63,161 bases of DNA, filler included, from Octopus bimaculoides (GCF_001194135.2; 8 parts of 8 records of this genome joined end to end with filler, not necessarily neighbours in it), one strand, 5' to 3'; shown: positions 13,471 to 26,534, numbered from the whole stretch's first letter. Notes: generated from the sequence alone by a model not told the origin. Program-made: numbers and translations.

Positions 13471-14320
13471 CTTACTTCTCAGAGCGCAAGGTCTTTTTAG
13501 CTCTGGTTGATTCTGTGAGAGCGGACAACAGCCAGCTGTCAGAATTCCCACATGGTCTCTTTCCGTACATTATAACCTTTGATAATTGGTTGTTAATTAT
13601 GGTAGAAGACATTCAACACTCAAGAACCAGTCTGAAAATGCTAGCTATCCCAGCAGAGCAGCTCATGTCAATTCCAATTTCTCTGACATATTACTCGAAC
13701 TTGATCTTTAGTGCTCAGAGTGCTCCCTACAACTACTGGAATGACAGACACTCTCCTCATAGTCCACATTCTTGCAATTTCGTCTTTTAGTAGTCCATAC
13801 TTTTCAATCTTTTTCTAGTTCTTTGTCACTTATGCGCACATCCTCAGGTATTGCAATATCTATAATCTTGGTTTCCTTCTTTACTTTATCTGACACGATG
13901 ATGTCTGGTCTCCGAGCATCGACTAGGGAGTCATACTGGATTGTAAAATCCCACAGTATTTTGTATTCATTGTTCTTGGTGACTCTTTCTGGCTCATGTT
14001 CGTACCATTTCCTTGTTCTGTCCAGGCCGTAAATTTTCACGTTATCGTGTCTCCTTTTGTAGTGCTTTTGGGCCAGCTTGCTACACTCACTCACAATATG
14101 TGAGATTCTTTCGCTTTTGCTGCCACTTTAAAAAGGGGCGATTTGCTGCTCTAATCTGTTTGGAACTTGGTGTAATTAGTTCTCAGCGCTTGGTCATGGT
14201 CGCTGCATATCAATGCAGATCACTTTTCAGATCACTTTTTCTCAGCCATCTTCAATTGTTGGTCTTGTCTTTTCCTTCGATTTCTAAGAGGCATTGCCCA
14301 TGCAGTGATTTCAGTTTCTA
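13471..14320 (-). mobile_element. R4/Dong-clade retrotransposon 3' fragment (RLE endonuclease, 3'UTR)
   Basis: KSLHGQ...WLRKSDLK; ORF 13804-14094 SECSKLAQKHYKRRHDNV...ILWDFTIQYDSLVDARRPDIIV...IIDIAIPED (PD-D/ExK motif); then LEKYGLLKDEIARMW. Confidence 0.85.
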
Positions 14321-14779
14321 ATTGTTTATTCTTTAGAAAATTACTATTTTTGAATCTTACAACGAGAGATATTCAGCAACAGTACTTTGGAGAAAAGATT
14401 GTTTACCAACATAACATGGCAGTCCTGGTTTAGGACGAATGTTACTGTAATTTAGCCCCAGGAGACATCGTCTCCAGTTGGCTATACCACACGATCTGTG
14501 TCATTATATTTTCAAACAAGGGAATCTAGCACCCCCACTCAGCTCAAAACAATATCTGTGTATCGCGATTTCGGGGTTATTTCCCTTCATTAGAACAGAA
14601 TAATTATTTGGCTAGAGGTGAATTTTTTATTAAGATAATCAATATAGTACATAAACGGGACAAAACAGGACAATGCAAACAATGGTTGTTAGAATGAGTT
14701 CGTATGGTGCGTAGTTTTTAAAAATATTGAATGATATATAGGGTTAATAATTTCACCAAGTAAAAGTAGTTGGTGATCA

Positions 14780-15910
14780 AAATAGTTTCGTCAGACGAGG
14801 GAAAACTAGTCCGTGGTGTCTTTTGGAGAGAAATGTAGAGTAGTTTGGGGAGTAAATATAGAAAATGTAGCAAGAAAATAAAAGACAGATAAAATAATCT
14901 TAAACTCTAGCTGAGTGTGGCATTGTTTGCCAATGTATTCAACTAGTCTCCAGAGCGATCTTTGTCGAATATAAAATGAATTGAATTGAAGGGAATGGAA
15001 AGAGAGAAATAACGAAAGAATCCATAGAAAGGAGAAAATGAACAACACTAGGCGTCAGAGTGAGAGAAGAGAATAGAGAGAGAAAAGTGTAGAGAGAGAG
15101 GGAGAGAAAGAGGAGTATAGGGAGTGTAAGGATGTGTGGGGAATTAGGTTTGAAAAGAAAGACGAAAATTGACAATAAAAAATAAAGAGGGAGTAAAAAT
15201 TCTATAACATTAAGGAGGATATGACAAAACTGGTGTTGGTGGGAAGAACACAGAGAGGGAGAGAGAGAGAGAAAGATGGGAGAGAGAGGAAGATAGAGGG
15301 AGAGAGTGGAAGAGAGAGGGAGAAAGAAATAATGTTGTAGGGATTCAGGAGAATGGGGAAAAAATAAATAAATTAAGAAGTAAAAGTATGAAGAAAGAGA
15401 ATGAATTTTAAGAAGGAAAAAATGAAAGGAAGAAGTTGAGAAATGTTAGTTGTTAGATGTGTGAAAGAAAGAAGAATGAAAGAATTGAAAAAAATAATAG
15501 ATGAACGAATGAAGGAAGGCGAGCAGAAACGGGCGCAGGAATAGATACAGAAAATATCTAAAAATATAATTGCAAAAATATGGAATGAAAAAATTAAATT
15601 AATAAAGAATGAGAAGGTAGTTAGAAAGAAAATATATACTAGAGATTAGAGGGAGGAGGAAGAGGGGGGAGCAGGAGAAGTAATAACATTGAAGGAACGA
15701 AAATAAAGAAGGAAGGAAATAAGGAAAAGAAGGAGTTACAAGCACCATAGAAGGTAGTAAAAACGAGGAAGAAAATTAGAAAAGAAAACTAGTGAAAAAC
15801 GAAATGTCACGGAAGCAGAAATAAAAGAAAGCGGAAAAAGAAATGAGAAAAGAAAAACTAAAGATGAAAAATTTTAGAAAAATATAAGGGAAAGAAAATG
15901 AAGGTTGGTT
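14780..15910. repeat. Purine-rich (GA/GAA) low-complexity tract
   Basis: Strong strand asymmetry with degenerate GA, GAA and GGAA motifs. Confidence 0.8.
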
Positions 15911-16473
15911 AAGTTGTAATTACATGCCTAACATGACGTCATGTTGCTATGCATGACGGGAAATAAAGAGAGGTGGCCATTCTCTTCTGTCTGTTATATT
16001 TGGTAACGTTTAGCTTGGCTGAAAACAAGAAATAAAGACAATGGCAGTGAAAAGGTAAAACAAAAAATGAAATAAGATGAAATAAAATAAGGAAAAAAGA
16101 AGAAAGGGCGAGAAGAAGGAAGGAAGAACTGGTGGGCGAAAGGAAAGTTTAACAGAAATTCATGCAGAATAGCAATAGCAACATTGAAACTGCTTTGGGA
16201 GAGCCAGATGCGGAGGCGAAGAAATATGATTTATTACTATTAGTATAAAGGCGGTGAACCGGCTGCATCGTGAGCGTGAGGTCGATAAAATAAAGTAACA
16301 TCCAAGTACTAGGCTCATGTAATCGACGCTGCACCAAAATTACTGGCCTTGTAAGAAAAGATTAGAAAGAGTTATTATTATCATTGCTTACTAAATATCA
16401 CTTGTCCCTTGTGTTGTATTGTCCCTATGTGTTTTGTGTTCGGCCCTTGTGGCCAATAAGGAAAACGTTGTTG

Positions 16474-16521
<48 letters not shown>

Positions 16522-16525
<4 letters not shown>

Positions 16526-16735
16526 AGCGGCGATCTTGCAGAATCGTAAGTACAGCGAGCAAAATGCTTAGCGACATTTCATCCGTCTTTACTTTGTGTT
16601 CAAATTCTGCCCTGGTCGACTGTCTTTCATTCTTTCGGGGTCGATAAATTAAGTACCAATGAAACACTGGAGTCAATGTAACCGAGTTACCTCCTCCCAA
16701 CAAATTTCAGGCCTTGTCCCAATACTAGAAAGGAT
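16522..16735 (+). mobile_element. SINE family B between two (TTA)n arrays
   Basis: AAAGCGGCGATCTTGCAGAATCG...GGGGTCGATAAATTAAGTACC...TAGAAAGGATTATTATT. Confidence 0.85.
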
Positions 16736-16752
16736 TATTATTATTATTATTG

Positions 16753-17440
16753 TTCAGTAGTTTTATTTTTATAACGTGCTTTCACTTGACTACCGAGCGT
16801 AGCTCTGTGTGCCTTGGGTATGTGCTGTGGTTTGCTGTGTTGCTCTTATGGTTACTGTATTGAAAGTGTTTTGCGTAGGATTTGTGCTGTGCCCAGTTGT
16901 GCAATTTTCTGTATGTTATATATATTTGTAAGTCCTGGTGTTTTTGTTATGTATTTGTCTGAATATTTTTATTATTATACCTAAGGCACCTACTATGATA
17001 GGAATTGTTTCTGTTTTTAGATTCCACATTCGAGTTACCTCTATTTCCAGGTCTTTGTATTTTGAAAGTTTCTCCATTTCTTTTAGGGAAACGTTGTCAT
17101 CTGCTGGTATTGATACATCAATTAGAAAGCATTTTTACCTTCATGATCTTTGACAACTATATCTGGTCTATTTGCCTTAATTTCTCTATCTGTGTGTATT
17201 GGCATATCCCAGAGTATGGTTGCTTTCTCGTTTTCTGTGACCTTTTCTGGCGTGTGTTTATACCATTTTTTTTCTGTTGTTATTCCATAGTGTTGGCATA
17301 GCTTCCAGTGTATATAGGTCCCAGATCTGTCGTGTCTGTGAATATATTCCTTCTTAGCCAAGACTGGGCAGCCAGAGATAATATGATTTATTGTTTCGTG
17401 TCCATCACCACATATTCTGCAGTTACTTGTTATGATTCTG
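16753..17440 (-). mobile_element. R4/Dong-clade retrotransposon 3' half: CCHC knuckle, RLE, 3'UTR, (TAA)n tail
   Basis: CRICGDGHETINHIISGCPVLAKKEYIHRHD...ILWDMPIHTDREIKANRPDIVVKD; LIDVSIPADDNVSLKEMEKLSKYKDLEIE; IQKIAQLGTAQILRKTLS. Confidence 0.9.
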
Positions 17441-17465
17441 CCGGCCAGCCACTTCATAATAATAA

Positions 17466-19060
17466 TGCCTCTCCTGATTTCTATTGTCCCTAAACTTCTT
17501 CCATATGCTTTCAGTTCCGTCCTCCCCTTTGCCATATTTTTCCAAGCAATCGCTCACCATTCGATGTAATACCAAATAGGTTCATAACATTCCATAATCC
17601 AAGAACGTGGGATCATATCGTATACCTTACAATTATCGATCTATGATATGGCTAGGTTAGATTCTCTCCTCTTGCAGTCTCTAAGTACAGTTTTGTCTAC
17701 CAGAAGTTGATCCTTGGTACTTCTGCACTTATGCTTGCAACCTTTCAGCTCATGTGGCAGGACTCCATTTTTTTCCAGATGTCCGTACATTGCCTCTGCG
17801 ACTATTCCAGTCAATAATTTCCACATAAGTGGCAAGCAGGATATCGGCCTGTAATTGTCTACCATATTGCCTTTTTCGATGTTTTTCAAGCACAGCACTG
17901 TCCTACGCATTGCCAACCACTCTGGTGTTACTTGGTCGGCATTTAACAGTGTTGAGTTGTACAGCTGTTCGTGCATGATATTCAGCAAATCTTTTGATCC
18001 AGTGGCCTCGAACTCCATCTGGTCCTGAGCCTTAGAGTTGCTAATTTTTTTACTTATTTCCTTCACTTCCTTAACGGATATGACTAGTTCTGCCTGTTTT
18101 AGACAGACTACTGTTTGTTTCAGTTCTTGCAACCATTCAGCATCCTTCTTGTGCTCCTTGTCTTGGCTCCAGATGTCACTCCAAAACTTTTGACTTTCAT
18201 TGTTATCTAGCATCAACTTTTCATCTGTACACTCCATTTATTTCTTTATAGAATCTCTTCTGATCTAGTCTGAATAACCTATTCTGCTGGAAATTCTTCA
18301 TTCTTTGGACGTATCTTACCATTTTTGCTTTCTTTGCGAGGCGCTGTTTCAGTTCCTCCACTACTACTTTCAGGCCCTTTCTTTCAATATTATACTTCCT
18401 GTTCAGTGCCCTGTATTTTTGTTCGCTTTCAAGCCTTTCCTTCCCTTTTCGGTCTAACAGAGAAATGTCTTTCGAGAGTATATCTAACCCCGCCTGTATT
18501 CTTCTTCTCTACCATGAATCTTTTGTCACTCCCATTATATTTCTTTTCCTTGACACCAACACCTACATTTTCTGCTACAACAATACGTGCTACCTTGATC
18601 AAATTATTTGCTTGTGCATTTCTGATGTATTTCAGAATTTCATTGACACGCTTTGTTTCTTGGTTCAGTTTCCACCGATCAACCTTTTTAAGGTTTCAAA
18701 TAATATCGCTATCGTTCTCCTGTAGCCTTGCCTTTATTCTGTTGTAGATTGCCTTTTGCCCATTTGTCATGTCATCATTAGTTTTATTGTCTTCTTCCTA
18801 ACCATCTATATGTCTCTCATCGAGCAAGCTATCACTATTCCTTTCCTACGGTTTATTAGAGATTTCATCTCTGTTTTCTGCTATGAGATTACTTTTATCA
18901 GTAGGAACTGTGTTTTCAGCGCTTCCTCTGCTGCTGTTTTCCAATACCTATGTTTTGATAGCTTCTAGCTCTCCTGTGAACCAACGACTCTTTCGTATTG
19001 CTCTAGCTTGATCACATAATCTTTGTTCCGTAAGTTAAAGCACGGGAAGTTTCCAACTGC
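17466..19060 (-). mobile_element. R4/Dong-clade retrotransposon 5'/central fragment (N-terminal region and RT domains up to just before QGD)
   Basis: NQETKRVNEIL; FQQNRLFRLDQKRFYKEING; NYRPISCLPLMWKLLTGIV...KGCK...KDQLLVD (ORF 17641-18237); RTELKAYGRSLGTIEIRRGI. Multiple stops and frameshifts. Confidence 0.85.
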
Positions 19061-19804
19061 TTCCTTTCAGTATTATTATTATCATCACTGATCTCATTAT
19101 TTTCATTTTTTCTATACGATTTGTCATTGTTAATATTTCCTCTGATCCGACATGAGTTTTGGCTAAATTATTATTGTTATCATTATTACCACCATCACCA
19201 TTATTACTATCATTGTTATTATTTCCATTTATTATTAAAAGGTATTATTGACTATTGTTTAGTTTCAACTTTTGTCTTTTAGTTGAGATAATCATATATA
19301 AGTGAGGGTTTAAAAGAATAGTGGGAGTAAGAGAGACAGGTTGGTGAATAGGTTAAATTCCACAGGTCTGTAAATAGGTTTGGCAGATGGTGAAGAGTTC
19401 AGCAATGGGCATTCCTGTACAACAAGGAGACAAAAGCGGCTTCACACCCTAGGGATCAGCAGAGGTCAAATGTGTTTACGATTATTAGCGATCAATGAGA
19501 GTGCTGACCTTGGCCTTGAAAAGAACCAATTTTCCTTGTTCTATTTTTGATTACTGATAGAAAAAATATATATATATATAAAGATGTTCACCGCATTGAA
19601 TTTTTGAATTTCTGAATTTTTTCTTTGAAATTTTTCTTTTCTTTTTATAAGTTTTGCTGTGGTTTACAGTTTTTGTAATTGTGCAGTTTGTATATATTTG
19701 CAGGTGCATACCTCTTTAATTTTTTTCTCATCGTGCATTTAATTGTGTTGTTAAAATAAAAGCACGTTTGCATATTCGGGTAGTCAGGGAGAAAAGAAAG
19801 AGAA

Positions 19805-20170
19805 AATTTTCACACAAAATTGTAGATATTAAAGTTTCTAGATTTCCTAGAAATGTTCGTTTGAGAGTCCGATCAGAAAAGACTGTACTGTTTTTGCAAT
19901 AAAAAGGATGTTTACATTTTCGAATACTCAGGGAGAAAGGAAAGGAAAGAAAACAAGGGTAAATTTTTCACAGAAAATTGTAAATATTAATGTTTTAAAA
20001 TTTACTAAAGATGATCTTTTGTTTGTCCGAACAGAGAAAACTGTAGTTTTCTTAGAATAAAAAGGATGTTTACAGGAGAAGGGAAAGGATAGGTATTCAC
20101 AGAAGTTGTAGATATTAAAGTTTTTAAAGCTGATCGTTTCTGTGTTTGAAAACTGTAAATATGTAAGTGT
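19805..20170. repeat. Degenerate tandem repeat, three units of ~130-160 bp
   Basis: TTCAC(A/-)(C/G)AAAATTGTA(G/A)ATATTAA recurs near 19807, 19965 and 20095. AATAAAAAGGATGTTTACA occurs twice. Confidence 0.65.
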
Positions 20171-20267
20171 CTTAGAATTTTCATGTTGTTTTTGTTTCTT
20201 GTTTGTGTTTATGTAACTCACCGTTGTCCTTGTAAATGCTTTTTCAGCCTTTGTGGCCAATAAAGAA

Positions 20268-20359
<92 letters not shown>

Positions 20360-20807
20360 GTCAAGAAAGGGCAATGAATTAGTAGAATAGTTATAGTAAC
20401 GGTTTAAAATGCTCTTTCAGTATTTCTTCTGAGTTNNNNNNNNNNNNNNNNNNNNNNNNNNNNNNNNNNNNNNNNNNNNNNNNNNNNNNNNNNNNNNNNN
20501 NNNNNNNNNNNNNNNNNNNNNNNNNNNNNNNNNNNNNNNNNNNNNNNNNNNNNNNNNNNNNNNNNNNNNNNNNNNNNNNNNNNNNNNNNNNNNNNNNNNN
20601 NNNNNNNNNNNNNNNNNNNNNNNNNNNNNNNNNNNNNNNNNNNNNNNNNNNNNNNNNNNNNNNNNNNNNNNNNNNNNNNNNNNNNNNNNNNNNNNNNNNN
20701 NNNNNNNNNNNNNNNNNNNNNNNNNNNNNNNNNNNNNNNNNNNNNNNNNNNNNNNNNNNNNNNNNNNNNNNNNNNNNNNNNNNNNNNNNNNNNNNNNNNN
20801 NNNNNNN

Positions 20808-20985
20808 CGCTTAACAACCGATGCTGGTGTGTTTATGTCCCCGTAACTTAGCTGTTCGGCAAAAGAGACCGATAGAATAAGTACTAGGCTTACAAAGAAT
20901 AAGTCCCGGGGTCGATTTACTCGAATAAAGGTGGTGCTCCAGCATGGCCACAGTCAAATGATTGAAACAAGTAAAAAAAAAAAGG
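20808..20985 (+). mobile_element. SINE family A, 3' half (5' part in gap)
   Basis: CCCCGTAACTTAGCTGTTCGGCAAAAGAGACCGATAGAATAAGTACTAGG...GGTGCTCCAGCATGGCC. Confidence 0.85.
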
Positions 20986-21419
20986 TAGAATCGATAGTAG
21001 TGAACTTTCGTAACAGCTGTGGGGGTTGGTTCGTTTTCTTTTTTTTTTTTTAGAATTTTTCCAGACTTTAGTATCCTACATTTCCAAACAATGTGTGAGT
21101 GTGTGTGTACGTGTGTGTATGGGGTGTGGGTGGTAGGTGAGACGTTCTTCAACAAAAAATTTTTTTCGTCAATGTTTTTCAGACATATCGTAAGAGCAGC
21201 CACCTTCTTTGCAGTAGTCAGCACTGAGAGTGGTTCTTTTTTTTTCTAGTTGTCTATTTTTCGTTATTTTATTACATTCAGTATTGTGAAACATTTGTAA
21301 TTTGCATTTAAAAAATTTTATCCTCACCGATCAAAGTACTTTTTACGACTAAAATGAATTTATTTTCGTCACTTCTCATCTTTCTTTCTTTTTTTTTTCT
21401 TCTTTTTATTACACTTTTG

Positions 21420-22650
21420 CTATTCCGTAAAATCATTTTCCTTTTTCTCTATGCGACACGAAAATTAATTGAATCAATATTTGCATTTTTTTCTCCCCCA
21501 AATTACTCCCCAAATTGTTAGCGTTGATAGACACCTTGGTAAACTTTTTTGATTTACAGATAAGCGCTAGAGCTAAACAAGATATGATAAAGTAATTCCA
21601 AAAGTAACCAGTCGATCTTTCTTCCAGGCTGAGGAATAAACTATTTAATATGTCCTTTTTTAAGTCGTAAGGGATGACAATGTCCAATATCTATTTTCCC
21701 TTGTGGCGCAGCGAGCCGGCAGAATCGTTAGCATGCTGGGCAAGACGCTTAGCGACATCTCGTCTGTCTTAACATTCTGAGATCAAATTCCGCCGAGATC
21801 GGTTTTGCTTTTCATCCTTTCGGGCTCGATAAGATAGTTGTCAGTTAAACACTAGGGTCGATGTAATAGACTTACCCACCTTCCACAAACTTGCTGGCCT
21901 TGTTCCAAAATTTAGAACTAATATTTTTTTCCCCTTTGTTATGAGGTAGGGCCGAGCTGTTATTTCTAGCAGGTCGAGCAACTCTGTGAGAACACCATTT
22001 GCTTCGCTGCAACCTTGCTGCTATGGTAGAGAACACGGAGCGCAAAAGTTTTTTGGTCCCATTATAGTTTTCTTCATTTAAAAGTAGTCTCTTTTACATT
22101 TTAAACAACTGAAGTTATCGTTTTATAGATACTTCCTTCAAAATTCCAATTTTGTTTTTCACACATCCACTTGTGGTAAGTGTTTGATAAAATATTTTGC
22201 AATAACGTTCTCTGGGAAAACTTATTTCCCGCCACCGAAACACATTGGCGGAAACTCGTGTCAAGAAATACTGATACTCTGAACTGAAGGATAAATTACT
22301 GATCACTAATATCTTGGTATCTTGGAGAATAAAAATCGTTGTGTGGGAAATAAAAATACACTATCTATGTAAAAATTCATTGTAACGGAATTATATCGGC
22401 TTCTATTTCTGTTTGTACATTTCCTAAGTGAATATCTCTTTCCTGGGGCAGGAATGTGCATTATTCTCTTCTTTGTGAATTGAAACATTTTATTAGTAAA
22501 GAGTCGTTCAAGGTAGCCCTCAATGCATAGATTGAAAGGTAAGTTTTAATAAATTCTTTTGTTACTCTTAATTTATATAGTTTTGATGCCATATGGAAAA
22601 TTCTTTTTACAAAATTGTAAGAGTGAACAAAATGTAATTTGGGAAACACG
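21420..22650 (-). mobile_element. Highly decayed L1/Tx1-like ORF2 (APE end and RT start), interrupted by a SINE
   Basis: HIPAPGKRYSLRK...RSRYN resembles the APE HP..YTW..SRID motif. IPQPGRK...LLLELLYHIL...IKKV resembles RT domain 1. Heavy decay. Confidence 0.4.
21705..21920 (+). mobile_element. SINE family B
   Basis: GGCGCAGCGAGCCGGCAGAATCGTTAGCATGC...TTTCATCCTTTCGGGCTCGATAAG. Confidence 0.8.
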
Positions 22651-22920
22651 TAGTAATTATAGTTTCTTTACCTTTTGTATCGTATTGAAAAAGGAAAAAT
22701 AATTTACAGAATGGCAAATGTGTGAAAATAAACGGAAGAAAATAACGAGAAGAAACAAAGAATTCATTGTAATCGCAAACGATAGGCTAAGGGGGTGTTA
22801 AGATTTTTTTTTAAATGCGATATACAAGTGTATCAGAATGTGGAATGCAATAAAATAGCGAAAAATAACAGAAATAAAGAATATTTAAATTTTGTGAAGG
22901 CTGATCTTCGGAAGGAAAGA

Positions 22921-22964
<44 letters not shown>

Positions 22965-24034
22965 TGTGTGTGCTGGAAGACGTTAAAAAAGTTATACTCA
23001 AAAATTGTTTTTAAAAGGCTTTCCTCCTAATGTTTTAAAATATGGGATACTAAAAAATATTGAAAAAAAACCGAAAAAAATATCCGACTTATGTGGGACA
23101 GCTATTCTGAAAGTCCACCGAGAGTAGGGACAAGATGCCTTGTAGTATTTAGTTACGTCCATTTCTGAGTTCTGGTTTAATAGGGTAGCGGAATGTCCGT
23201 TTTTGCCTCTTTAAACCTCCCCAGGGGTAAATAGGGCACAGTCCATCAACAGTTTCTTGATAACATGTAGCTTTGTGTCCATGTTAAGTACCATTCCTTT
23301 TCGTCCTCCGCTATATCTTGGAGGGTCATGGTGGTAGAGATCTCAAGCTCCTTAGGGTCTTATCACATGCAACGGACATTACACTAGATTGTGGCTCTCC
23401 ATGTTAACAACCAATATTAGTTCATGTTGAAAGCAATGAAATGACAGAAACACTCACGCCCCCCTCTGAATACATTGCAGCTTTTAATCCGCTCCTCACT
23501 CCCATCCCCCAGAGTTCAAATCCCGCCAGGGTTGACTATGTTTTCCTCTGATTAACTTCAGCACCATCTATGTGGCTGTGTCAATATTAAAGGATAACAT
23601 TCCTTTCATATCAACACTCATGATCTTGTACCAATCTAGGATATTCATATCTCTGTTTTACCCACGTGGAAGGACAGTAATGGCGTTGTTCATCAAATTT
23701 ATTCAGACTCTACTTAAGCTTAAAGCGAGTTTCACTTGCTACCATGTATTTCGTGAGTTGATTTAACATAGTAAGTAGTCGGGGCGGATATAGTTAACTT
23801 CTTGACCCATCCACTTCAGACCCCTGAAGAGTAAGAGAGTGAGTGAGAAAGAAAGAGAGAGAGGGAGAGATACGTACCAGTACGCGGTTGGTTCTATTTT
23901 CTGCTGAGTTGAATGAAGTGCCTTGCTGAGAGAAGGATACAACGCACTGCTCTGTCTATGAACTGAATCACAGCATCCTAAACATTAGGATGATATAAAC
24001 ATACAGTATAGGATTTAGGGCAAAATTTACAGGT

Positions 24035-24385
24035 GTTTTTTTTTTATTGGCCCGTGGATAGCGTCTGTACCCGCGCTTTCATTGAATTGATGTTTTTCGC
24101 TGTTTCTAAAAGGGTTATCTTTTGGATAGTGTGTAGTATTGTAGGTAAAGGTATGGTTTCTGAGTTTTTGCTCATTCTTTGTCTTTTTATCATACCCAAT
24201 GCTCCAGTTATAATTGGTATCTTTCTATCTTCATTCCACGCATCTTAAATATTTCAATTTCGAGATCTTTGTTCTTGGACAGTTTCTCCACTTCTTTTTG
24301 GACAATATTTTGGTCAGAAGAGACTGCAAATTCTATCAGTAAGCAGGTACTTTTTTTCCAATCCTCGGTTATGTCTGGGAAATTA
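24035..24385 (-). mobile_element. R4/Dong-clade RLE 3' fragment with short poly(A) end
   Basis: PDITEDWKKSTCLLIEFAVSSDQNIVQKEVEKLSKNKDLEIEIFKM...IQKITLLETAK. Confidence 0.75.
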
Positions 24386-24449
24386 TTGTTATTAAAACGA
24401 TAATAATAATAACACCAATAATAATAATAACAACAACAACAACAACAAC

Positions 24450-24484
<35 letters not shown>

Positions 24485-24492
24485 TAATAATA

Positions 24493-24524
<32 letters not shown>

Positions 24525-24569
24525 ANNNNNNNNNNNNNNNNNNNNNNNNNNNNNNNNNNNNNNNNNNNN

Positions 24570-24581
24570 TTAATTAATTAA
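24570..24581. other. Assembly spacer TTAATTAATTAA centred in an N gap (also at 35015, 42701, 47109, 51104, 59154, 61567)
   Basis: Identical 12-mer in seven separate gaps, each flanked by N runs (44 N on each side where counted). It puts stop codons in all six frames. Confidence 0.95.
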
Positions 24582-25419
24582 NNNNNNNNNNNNNNNNNNN
24601 NNNNNNNNNNNNNNNNNNNNNNNNNGAAGAAGAAAATGCCTACTTTAAGCTTTCACTTTTCTATCGTAGCTACCATGGCTACAAACCAGACAGTTTAACA
24701 CTGTGTCTTTCCCCAGTCATCGCGATGGAATCGGCCGGTTGCTGTACAATACAGAATTAAGTACATCGATTATAATCAATATGTGATCGTCTATGTCTAC
24801 AGTTTGGTCAAACGAAGTGGTTACTTCATCTTTAATTAAAGTTATCCTTAACTGGTCGAAGTAATAACCAGCCTAAATTCTGGAGTAGACAGCATATTTT
24901 GATTTTTCTTTAAACGTTACATTTTGTATGTATGTATGTATGTATGTATGTATGTACGCATGTATATGTAAGCATATGTATGTAAGCGTGTATGTACATA
25001 TGTATGTATGTACATATATATGTATGTATGCATGTATGTATGTAAGCATATATGTATGTATGTTAATGTTCAGTGTTATTAATGCGGCGAGTTCAAATTC
25101 CGCCGAGGTTGAATTTGCCTTTCATACTTTCGGGTCGATGAAATAAGTAACAGTTACGCACTGGGGTCTGGTAATCGAAACACATACGCCGTAGAAACCG
25201 GGAAATCGGGCCCATAGCCTGGCTAGGTTTTAAAAGGGGCGCATAAAAAAATAATTAAAAAAGTAGAGAAAGAGCATATTTCTAATCTTGGTCTAAGGCT
25301 TCATCATTGGAATTTCAACGTCAACAGGATATTTTTGCATGTATGTATGTACATGTGCAGTATTTGCACTTAGTGCATATGCAGGTTAGTATGTTTTTTT
25401 CAATGAAATTGATGGCTTC

Positions 25420-25625
25420 GAACTATAGTTTTCGAATCAGCTTTCTTCTTTCTGGTTTTGAGAAGCCTAATTTTTCAAGATTGGTACTTAGACAGTGTGT
25501 TACATATCCCAGTGCTCCAATAATTACAGGAATAAACCTGAACTTGAAATCTGGTTAGAGTAACTGTAGATTTCTCAGAAGTTCAGCTTAGATATTTTTT
25601 AATTTTCTCTGATTTTAGCCTTACG
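25420..25625 (-). mobile_element. RLE-type (R4-like) retrotransposon extreme C-terminal fragment
   Basis: FKFRFIPVIIGALGYVTHCLSTNLEKLGFSKPERRKLIR on the minus strand. Confidence 0.6.
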
Positions 25626-25919
25626 TTAATAGATGCAGGGCAGCTGATATCCGCTCCAGTACACGGTTTCTCTATCAGACACGTAACGTCAGTAATTACT
25701 CAGGGTAGGCAGCTGGCGACGTTTATGTAGTAAAACACATACAAAAATAAGCAAAACACAGGCGCGCGACTGAGTTGAAGGCAGATTTACTTCTGCCTTT
25801 ATAGCACGTAAAGAAAACGGTGTTATAGCACATGTACTACAGCACTATAATGCGTAGCTTAAATACTGAGATTGAAAAGCAAGGGCGAATTATGCCTACC
25901 TAATCTACAAAAATATTAC

Positions 25920-26290
25920 TTTTACTCTTTCATTTGTTTCAGTCATTTGACTGTGGCCATGCTGGAGCACCGCTTTTAGTCGAGCAAATCGACCCCAGGA
26001 CTTATTCTTTGGAAGCCTAGTACTTATTCTATCGGTCTCTTTTGCTGAACCGCTAAGTTACGGGTACGTAAACACACCAGCATCGGTTGTCAAGCGATGT
26101 TGGGGGGACAAATACAGACACACAAACATACATATATANNNNNNNNNNTTCCGTCTACCAAATCCACTCACAAGGCTTTGGTCGGCCGGAGGCTATAGTA
26201 GAGGACACTTGCCCAAGTTGCCACGCAGTGGGACTGAACCCGGAACCATGTGGCTAGTAAGCAAGCTACTTACCACACAGCCACTCCTAC
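25920..26290 (-). mobile_element. SINE family A, full length (small internal gap)
   Basis: Head GGAGTGGCTGTGTGGTAAGTAGCTTGC and the standard tail on the minus strand. Confidence 0.9.
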
Positions 26291-26534
26291 GCCTATATTC
26301 TGCATTTTTTGCATAGTAATCAGACTAACCTTCATAATTTTATTGAATTGGGTGCATATTTTGCCATGAGAAGAAAATGCTGTTATCGATCTATTTTATT
26401 CAAGGCAGGCATTACCTACCTTGCCTACCAAGCGGCACGTCCCTGTATCTCTATGTATGTATGCATGTATATATGTATATATATATATTTATGTAAAGAT
26501 ATAAATCGGACATCTGAAAGCGTTCCATATCAGG

